Source of the DNA: Camelus ferus | Taxonomy: Eukaryota | Assembly: GCF_009834535.1 (NCBI RefSeq) | Contig: NC_045697.1 | Span: 95,978,001 to 96,042,000, forward strand | Reading direction: 5' to 3' | DNA length: 64,000 nucleotides | Part shown: piece after piece, positions 54,643 through 64,000 of the stretch | Layout: each line of letters begins with the position of its first letter | How positions within the stretch are numbered: position 1 is the first letter of the stretch | Made by a program: the position numbers and the translations under genes | The notes under the pieces: model-generated | The model's input: only the letters and a program-made list of their open reading frames with translations | What the model was told of the DNA's origin: nothing | Databases searched by the model: none

Positions 54643-56079
54643 CTTCTATGTAGGAATAAAACACTTAGCCACAAGCCTGGCAAAAAATAAACTATCATTA
54701 AATGTCAGTTATTATTAGCATCATTATAATTATTGCTAAGCCATTCAAATAATCTTTTCCAAAAATATTTGTTATAATCAGAAAGCTTCTGAAGATGTAA
54801 TTAAGATCATGATATAGAATTACATATATATGTGATTTTTTAATCTACATTTTACATCGTACTACATTTTCCACATTAAAATTTTCTTCTTCAAAATTTT
54901 GAACAGCAGGTGAATAGCACCTCTACAACAGATAAGATTAAACAAAATAATTTAATTATGTATTATGAAAACAAATTGTGGTAAGTACCAGGACTTTTAG
55001 GACTTCCAGTAACAGGCATGCCATAATGAAAACTAGACCAAATAGAGAGGTTCCCTCCCTCCCATTTTAGTTTCCTTCCAAATATGCATAAACACAACTG
55101 TGTTCTCCATCTTATTATAAGCATGTCAGCTTTTTTTGCTGAAAGCTGCTTTACTACATTTTTCTTTCCTCAAGCATTTATCCTTCTCAATGCATACTTG
55201 AGCTGAGCAAAAAGAATGTGTTTTACACCATGGACAGAATTTGTTTTTCCATAATGTCTGTACACTAAGAATTGATAGTTAAATTGATAAAGAAAGAACT
55301 TTCTAATTGGTTGTATGGGAATGGTTGTCATCAGAAATTCATATAATAGTTGTGCTGCATTGATAGAAAAATAGCATTTTATTATCCATTGTTATCCATA
55401 TATCCATATATATATATCCATATATCAGTGGTGGCTTCTGCTGTTTCATGACAATTCAAAAGGGCACTTGGATCTAACCCTTCTAGGTTTAGAGAGAGAG
55501 AGAGAGGAAAAAAAACTTCATTTTTCTCTCAATCTTCTTAGTAAACTAAATTAAAGCTTTTGAATTCACCAACAGAGCTCTCTTGACTAATCTCTTTGGG
55601 AAAAAAATGTATCTTCCATGTGGCATCTCCTTCTCAGAATGTAGAAAAAGGTCACTCTGAAGTCACCGCACACATTTATATAGAGAAAAGATATCTGTAG
55701 CTTCTAAATCCTGCCCTCAACATTACACAGCAACATTACTTTCCCAGTATAACAAATTTTCTATTACCAAATTAAATAGGCTTTTAAAGTCACCACGCAT
55801 CTCATTTCCCTTAATTATATCTGTATATGTATGTATGTGTTTGTGTACTTTCACGTGTGAATTCTTTCTATCAGAAACATGAGACTTCATTAGAGTCCTT
55901 AGAAGTGGGTTTCTATGTTATTTTCCTAGAATATCAGCAAATAGCAAAATGTTCCTTAGCTTTAAGGGAATCTAATTTATATATTTGAAGTAAATTTAAA
56001 TGTCTATTTTATTTGAAAGGAATATTGAGATTGTTTTCCTGTCTTAAATCTAAGGGTTGAATTAAAATACATAATTTCA

Positions 56080-56467
56080 TTTTTTCTCTCCCCCACTCCC
56101 TTTTCCCTCTTTGGTAACCATAAGTTTGTTTTGTATATCTATGAATCTTTTTCTGTTTCATAAATAAGTTCATCTGTGTCATATTTTAGATTCCACATAT
56201 AAGTGGTATCGTATGGTAATTGTCTTTCTTTTTCTGACTTACTTCACTAAATATGATAATCTCTAGGCCCACCTAGAGATTGTTGCAAATGGCATTATTT
56301 CATTCTTTTTTTTTGGCTGGGTAGTATTCCACTGTGTATATATATACCACATCTTTATTTATTCACCTGTCAATGGACATTTAGGTTGCTTCCTTGTCTT
56401 GGCTATTATACAGTGCTGCTATAAGCAGTGGGGCGCACGTATCTTTTTGAATTATAGTTTCTTCCAT
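56080..56467 (-). mobile_element. L1 ORF2 end / 3'UTR fragment
   Basis: 'ttttagattccacatataagtggtatc...gacttacttcact...gcaaatggcattatttcattc...gatggacatttaggttgcttcc'-like sequence. Confidence 0.85.
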
Positions 56468-56961
56468 AATTATTTTTTGACATAACTTCCAGTATTCCAA
56501 AAGCTAAATTGAATTGACAATATTAGAGTAATAATATTGTATTATACAAAGGATTTGGGGAAATATGTTTGTAATGAAGTATTTATTTTCCTCAGAAAAA
56601 TCAGTGGTTCCAAAATTAGAGACATAGACTAATTCTACTTTCCTCATGTTTCATTACAATGCCTTTAATACTTATCTTCAGTTAATGTACAGAAAGGAGA
56701 AAAAATTATTTCCATTTCAAATTATAGAACTTACGTTTTTATGAAATTCAGTTTATGCTGTTGAACTTGAATTTACTTATGTTCAAGATGAAGGTGAAAT
56801 GTTTTTCTAACATATTTTCAGGGGTTAGTATCAAAGTCAATTTAATGAACATTGCTTAGTATGTTTTCAGTATATTAAGAAAATATCAATATGATATTTA
56901 AATAACATAAACAGCACAGCATATATGTTGACATTACTACATTTCTTCTGTAAAATATTAA

Positions 56962-57285
56962 TGAGCAGAAACCTTAATTATATCTAGTTGGGAGATCAAA
57001 AAGGTGAGCACTCATGCCCTGTGACGAGAGCAGAGCCTGACAGGAAGAAGAAAGATCCCTCTTCTTTCCTGGTGAGGACTCAGTCAACAAAAAGCCATGG
57101 ACTCTTTGTTTACTATCCCTTCCAACTTCTTTTCCCTTCTTAAGTGTTCTCCTCCCTTTGCCATGCTGGGGACTTGCACGTGGCTTGCCATGGTCACAGA
57201 CTTCAAATTGCAATTCTCTGCTCATACCAAATAAAGCCATCTTTGCTAGGGAAATATCTGGCATTCTTTTTGTTTCAAGTCAAGA
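56962..57285 (+). mobile_element. Solo ERV1-type LTR (cetartiodactyl-like)
   Basis: TG start, AATAAA at ~57230, 3' end 'gaaatatctggca...tgtttcaagtcaa'; TSD not clear. Confidence 0.6.
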
Positions 57286-58939
57286 ATTCCTGAAGGAATT
57301 AATAAAATAGCTAGGGTGTAATTGAAAAGGACGTTTTTGGTTTATCTCTGTCTTTGGATATTTCCTAGACCTAATGAATTTAATGGTGTGTGCAGGTTTC
57401 TGAAATCTCTGTGCTTTGGTTCTTCATCTACATAATGGTACTAGAATTTACTTCATAACCCGTTTTGAGAATTAGATAACATGAAACCATTGCACAAGGC
57501 AATGGGTAGTAGGTATTGAACATTCAGTAATTCTTTATGACAACAATACTGGCTACCAATGGTGACGTTAAGCAGCTATCCTTTCTTTTTTTTCCAACAA
57601 AAATGTCCTCAGGATTGGACATTACTGAATTCAGTAATTGACTGTGTTGTGATAGTGAACATGTCACAATTTCTTTGGGTCCCTGTTTGTATGTGATAAT
57701 GCTGGCAAACATCTTCTTCAGAAGAATATTGCAAGAATTACTTGGTATGATGACTTGAAATGCCTTGTCACACACCAAGAAACATACACATATCTGATGT
57801 TTATATCTTAAATGTACTTTGAGGAGCTAGTGTTACAAGATTAGAAGATAAAAGTCCCATCCATAAGATTTTCATATTCTAAAGAGTATTGTAACATTTT
57901 AACAGGTGAATATAATAGTTTGTTACTTTCATTAAATAAGGCTTGAACAGGAGGCAACAGAAACTGGGATTAGGTCTTCTCATATGAATGAAGGACAACT
58001 CCAAAAAGGAGGTGCCATTGTATGTGGATACCAATGAATGAAAAAGAGATTAGGAGAAGAGAATTGGGCTATGCAAACAAATGGGATAATGAACATGTCA
58101 CAATTACATCATCATGAGACATTCAGTATTTAAATGTCATTGAATGACTAGCTTCCAGGGACATGTTGGGGCCAGGAATTTTACACACACACATACATAC
58201 ACACATATACATTCACACATGCACAATGCAAAATAATTAAAGCAAGTCACCTTAATGCATACTGTCACATATTTAGAAGTGATTTTCTACTTCTGGCATG
58301 AGGAGAGTTTTCTGAGTTAATGTCCACTGATTGTCCTGCTGCATCTGTCACTGCATCTGGATTCCATGTAAGTGTTGCTGTAGACTCAAGTTGCAGTTGA
58401 TTGACTGCTAAGCACAACTTGCTCTGGTTAAGGAAATAAAGAGTTTGATTTCATACATATCCATAAAAGCTTGAAATGAGGTAAGTCTGTCAGTGCTCAA
58501 GTTCAGAATCTCCTTACTCTTTACTAAAAACACATTTTCATTTTTGAGTCCCCATACTTTCCAGATGTATGCTAAACTTAACCTCAATCATTCTGGACAT
58601 AATGCCTTCTCTACAGGGTACTGTAAGGCGGTAAATGTCAGTTGAAACCCTGGAGCTTAGGTGTGTGTGTGCATATCCTATGTGAGTGTAGGTGTGTATC
58701 AGGGTAGGTTGAGAGTGGGGTGGAAGAAGCCCCACAGCTCATGGGTGTTTGGTCCATACTGATTAAGAGTGAGACTATGCACACAGTGATCTTGGCTCTG
58801 AAAGCTTTTGCCTATCATATTCAGGATGTGAAAGTCTCTTTTGAATTTTCAAGTGTTCCATTGGGTTTTGATCTTTTAGTTCCAGCTGCCTTCCCAGCAG
58901 TGTTTTAGAAATCCAGGCCAGAACCATGACATACAGATG

Positions 58940-59598
58940 TTTAAAAAATAGACATATTTACTACAAAACTCAGTAAATTGAGTAGAACATAGAGAGTTCC
59001 TACATACTTCATCCTTCCGCCTCCCTCGAGTCCTCTATTAATATCTTGCCTTAGTGTGGTACATTTGGTATAACTGATGAGCCAATATTGATACTATATT
59101 ATTAACTAAAGTTCATTCATTAAGGTTCACTCTTGAATGTACATTCTATAAATTTTTTAAAAATGTGTAACATGTATCTACCATTACGGCATCAGGATAA
59201 TTTCATGCCCTAAATGTTCTCGGTGCTTCATCTAGTCATCCCTCTCTCCCCTACTTGAACCCTTGGCAACCACTGATCTTTTTACTGTCTTCATAGTTTT
59301 GCCTATGCCATATAGTTGGAAAACACAGTATGTAGCCTTTTCAAATTAGCTTTTTTCACTTAGTAATGTACATTAAAGACTTCACGTTCTTTCATGATTT
59401 AATAGCTCATTTTTGATATCTGAATAATATTTTATTACATGGATATACCACATTTGTTTATTCATTTACCTATTGAAAGACATCTTGGCTGATTCCACAT
59501 TTTGGCACTTACGAGTAAAGCTGCTACAAATATCAGCACGTTGCATTTCATGTGAAGATTTCAGTTCATTTGAGTAGATACTACGGAGCATAAATGGC
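58940..59598 (-). mobile_element. L1MD/MC-type 3' region
   Basis: 'gtgtggtacatttggtataactgatgagccaatattgatac...cccttggcaaccactgatctttttactgtct...gccttttcaaattagcttttttcacttagtaat'. Confidence 0.85.
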
Positions 59599-62161
59599 CT
59601 TCCATTTACCAAATCTTCTAAACAGTTGCAATATTTTGATAGTGCATCTGATAAGAATTCTTACAATTGGCCTGGGAAAATCAAGGGAGATTATGTTGTG
59701 TAGCATACTTAGTATGTATCCTTACATAGCTCACTGTCCCATCCATTTCTGCTATATCAAAACTTTGTGAATTATACATGCATAAAAATATCATCAATAA
59801 TATACATTTCATTAAGATTTACCATATGAACTTCATACTTGCTTAATTATTATACAGAAGTTCTAAAGTTGGATTTTTCTGGAAAATCAGGAATCTGACA
59901 GTGTGTATTAAATTTCTCAGTCTTCTTAATATTGTAGCTATCTTCATCTTCTGATTCCTATAACTCACTTTTACACATATTCTGCCTTTGTCACATTGGT
60001 CTTTTTTTTTTCAATTCAGATGCCTTTGGTATAGAATAACAAATTCCTATATTGCCTAAGAAGCACTTCTATGTCCCTTTTACCCCATATTTTGTATAAA
60101 TCTCATGAACCAACAAACCTCTCTCAAACTGTTGTCAAATAAGCTCTTTGATCCCCTCTCTGATTAGATTACAGGCATGTTTGTTTAAGCTCTGAAAGGC
60201 ACGAATGGTGTCCCAAAGAGGAAGACTACCTCTCTCTCCAATGAATACTGAAGTTCTTTCTGTAAGCAACCAACAGTACTTCCTGATCTTCTTCAAGGTT
60301 TGTGTATTTCATTCATACCAAGTCCCTAAAACAGTGGGTCTCTAGTTAGTGGCTGAGGATGGGGGTAGGCCTTGCAACATTTCTAGCATCACAGAGGCAT
60401 GAGATGACTCTTCTCTAGTCTATTATGGAGTGAAGCTGTGGGGGAGAGTGGAACACGTTTGAAGTTACCATTCCCTGAAAGGCAACTTGAATATATTTCC
60501 CCAAACCAAAGAAACACTGAGCACTGATAAAGAGTAGAGAAGTTTTATTCTGAAAGACTGAGATTAATTTGTATTGCTCTCAAAGGCTAGCTCATTGTTC
60601 GTTTGTACTACTCAAAGCAGATAAGACTTCAACCCGAAGACATTGGAGCTGTGGGCTATAAATATACACTAAAGATTGCTCTTCTCACGACCTCAGGGCC
60701 TAAGTTTTATGCCTAAAGAATTTAATAAGGCTCAGTTTTAGGATTTATGGAATTTTATCTTGCAGTGGTCTTTTCAATCAAAAAGATCTACTGTTCCTCA
60801 CTTACACTGTTGTGTGTTATTATTTAAATTATCTTTTTTTTTTCTAAAATGTTCATGCTTTTTGTGTCATTTATAAGGTATTTTCTTATAATCTCCACAT
60901 ATTTTATTTTTAAAAATGCCTCACAATCTTTGGGTTTTTTTTAGGAATGCTTTTTTATATTTATTGCCATATTTTTGGTTTAATTTCAACCATTTTGGAT
61001 TGTTCTTGGTGTACAGTCTCTTTCCTTTTGATTTCTTCATTTCACTATGACCCATGATTAAGAATCTTGAAATGTGGATTGTTATTTCTCTGCACAATAC
61101 AAAAATAATGCACGGATTTTAAGATAACCTGTTTGTTTACAGTCATCATTCCTTACAATTCTTTTCCTCGAGTCATTAAATACCCTCAAATCAATGGGAG
61201 ACTCATTATGTTTGAGTCAATAAAAGTGAATAATTGGATCTCTGTTTTTGGTTCAGTATAGTCAGTGCAACTTAGAATTAGGGATAGAAAAGTGGTCTAG
61301 TTCAATGTGTCTCTTTCATCCTTGGGCCTTTCTCTTTCTGAACTCCTTTTTTTCCCCTCAACTTGTTCTGAGGGTATAATTTGAGTTACATACTCTGTGT
61401 GCTGATTGAATATTTTACAATGGATATTTCTTCTCTATACTTCTGGTATGGTTGTAAATATTTTAATAAAAACTTAGGAAGAAGAATGTCAGGAACATCA
61501 ATTCTGGTAACCCTACAGTACAATGACCTGAAACACCTCTTCATTTTTATCTTCTACATTACACAATATACATGCTAAAGATTTTTTAAAATAAATTAAT
61601 TATTATAGAAGTTATTTTCTTTCTAAAAGTTTAAAGTTTTTACATTCTCATGAGAACAAAGACCTACCTTACATTTTAATGTCACTCTTTTATTAAAGAT
61701 TTAATGAGACATTTTCTTTTCATAGGTCAAAATCTTTCATGACATAAATCTGAGAGTAATACTTCTAAGACTCCATCCACTCATAAGAAACAGACTCATT
61801 TCAAATGAACAAAGAAAGCACAGAGTGTAAGGGCTGTGTGCAAGGAGGGAAAATGAGGGAAAAAATACTGTAAAAGAGAGACAGTTCTTCTAAAATGTTT
61901 GTTTTTGCCATTTTAACTTCCATTTAAATGATTTATCACTAATTGAATGATCTTAAAACATGGTGCTTCATAATCAAATATTCCAGAACTTACTGTAGAA
62001 CTGCAAGCACACTTTTTCAAAACATCTAAAGATATGTTATTTATAAGTAATTTGAAAATTCAGTCATGTTTTTAAAATCTTGAGAAATAAAAATAGTAAT
62101 TTATATTCTTGCTTATTATGATTATTACAATTACCTGAATCTGGCACAATTTTGTCTTCTG

Positions 62162-62197
<36 letters not shown>

Positions 62198-62244
62198 AAT
62201 AGCTTGGATAAAAGAAAACTTGCAAAGTACAGTTTTAGAATCAT

Positions 62245-62482
62245 GAGTGGTACAGTGCAATGGATAAGGATACAGCCTCTAGAGCTACAGTACCTGGGTT
62301 TATAGATGACTTCTGTCACTCATTACCTGTGAGACTCTAAGTTACTTGAGGCCTTGTTCTCCAATTTCTTCATCCACAGACTGATTAACAGTAGCTACCA
62401 CACAAGGACAACTTTATGAAGATTAAATATGTCAATCCATGTAAAGCCCTTAAAACCATGTTGGGCAGAAAGTAGGAACTAG
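62245..62482 (+). mobile_element. MIR, near full length
   Basis: 'cagtgcaatggataagga...cctgggtt...ctgtcactcattacctgtgagact...gaagattaaatatgtcaatccatgtaaagcccttaaaacca'. Confidence 0.75.
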
Positions 62483-63536
62483 ACAAACTTTTCTTCTTAT
62501 CAATGGACACAATTTTTAAATGGCCAGCATGAAAATGGAGCAATTGTATTTTACATTTGTGTAAACAAATGTACAACGTGAAACTGCTTTGTGTTACATT
62601 GGTATAACCAGTGCAAATTCAGACTGTGTAACCTATAGAATCAAATGGAAGAAAAAACAAACCAAAAAACCTCCACACACATCCTACCCCAAAGTCTTCT
62701 TACTTTAGTTGCCACCCCTACAAGATAAACTTGAATTTTATTTTATCTTTATATTTTATCTCTTATTTTTTTAATCTGTTGTCTAAAGGAACAAAAGTAT
62801 TTTATAATTCTGTAATGAGATGAGTATGCAAAGAAGAAATGAGGGTGGATATATGAAAAAGGGAATCTGGATGTCTGAAATATCTGATTTCTAATGAGTT
62901 ACACAGCATAATATTTTAGCCCATGTAGAGAAGGAAGGTGCCATTTGAACTGGTATTTTGAAAAAGCACAGTTGTAAGAACATTATCATAAAACAATTTT
63001 ATTTTTGCCTTTGAGTACCTTGTAAAATTTCATCAGTGGGTACTGAATTTCCCCTGCTGATGGATGAAATCTTAGGTGCACTTTATGAATTTTTCTGTCA
63101 CTGTTAAGTGAAAACAAAATAAAACAATAATAAACAAGATACTGCAGGTACATTGAAAACAATTATAATATTCAAATATTAAGAATTCCAAATTTGATTT
63201 AAAATGGCCTCTCCTCTCCTCCCCCAAAGGAGGTGTGTTGTATGGAAGAAGCTTACTGTCAAGGAGGATTACATGATTGGCTTTTCTCTTTTTCTAGCCT
63301 ACCATGGTTATTCCTGTTAACCAAAGATTCTAACAATTCCTGGGTTTGCATGTAAGAAGGAGAGTCAACCAATGCAATAAATGTCTTGCCTGGCTGAATG
63401 CATCTCTGTTTTGGCTGGCCACTCATTCCTTCCTCAGCTTCTTAGAATTCAAACATATTTCTGTTTTTACCTGCTGTGATTGGTTCACACTTAAGAATGC
63501 TCTCTTGGAGAGTTCCTAAATCAATCATACAACTAA

Positions 63537-63538
<2 letters not shown>

Positions 63539-63581
<43 letters not shown>
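63539..63581. repeat. (TG)n microsatellite, ~21 units
   Basis: Direct reading. Confidence 0.95.
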
Positions 63582-63584
<3 letters not shown>

Positions 63585-64000
63585 GACCTACATTAAGTCC
63601 ATGGGAAAACCTTATGCAGCCTTGCTCTGACTGAAAATGCAGGTATTTTTTAAACTATACCCCTATTTTTCATCTTTATACCATTTTGATTATTATTCAT
63701 AACTTAGATACCAATTTATTTTGTACTCTAGACTTCATTGTACATGTAGGGAGCTCTTCAAATGATCTCTTTAAGAAACTTCTCTTTTGTGTGAGGATAT
63801 ATCTTGCCAGTGGGGAAGGGTAAAATTTCCTAGCATCATTCTATCTAAAGAAATCCTCTTAAAAATTCCTCTCCATGTCCCTCATTTTTTTGTATAACAG
63901 AAACAATTCAGCATTTTCATAAAATATAAATATTGCACTCTGTCATTCCTGCAGTAAGATATTCTATTGACCACTTAAGTCAGCCTTGTTCATTGTGGGA

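Noticed and set aside
57621..57638. Perfect 18-bp palindrome ATTACTGAATTCAGTAAT
   Set aside because: Roughly one is expected by chance in 64 kb of AT-rich DNA; no supporting context
58300..58490. Possible exon ending in the strong donor GAG|GTAAGT (a similar donor is at 8772)
   Set aside because: No convincing acceptor or recognisable peptide; isolated donor motifs are common
62164..62193. 30-nt poly(T) as an orphan retro-insertion
   Set aside because: No TSD or element body found; treated as a homopolymer
1..64000. Prokaryotic-type systems (CRISPR, operons, defence islands) or a host protein-coding gene
   Set aside because: The sequence is mammalian repeat-rich non-coding DNA; there is no repeat-spacer array and no ORF resembling a cellular protein

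Overview
AT-rich mammalian non-coding DNA (gene desert or large intron), most likely from a camelid, judging by a Vic-1-like tRNA-derived SINE and the younger L1 3' UTRs. I find no host protein-coding gene, rRNA, true tRNA or CRISPR array. Nearly all ORF-track entries are chance ORFs or pieces of L1/LTR elements. The window is a fossil record of transposons: old L1M, L2, MIR, MaLR/ERVL LTRs and hAT/Tigger MITEs, plus several younger L1 and ERV1 insertions with readable target-site duplications (TSDs). The most unusual object is a ~3.0 kb TSD-flanked L1 derivative at 20757-23780. It has a full CpG-rich 5' UTR and a full-length 299-codon ORF1 (two nonsense codons, no frameshift), joined directly to the last ~120 codons of ORF2 and the 3' UTR. 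It has no endonuclease or reverse transcriptase (RT) domain and no poly(A) tail, so it is a candidate ORF1-only, HAL1-like non-autonomous element. Also present: a twin-priming inverted L1, a nested L1-in-L1 with a possible short 3' transduction, and a solo ERV1 LTR nested in an MLT1. Subfamily names come from my recall of consensus sequences, not from a database search.
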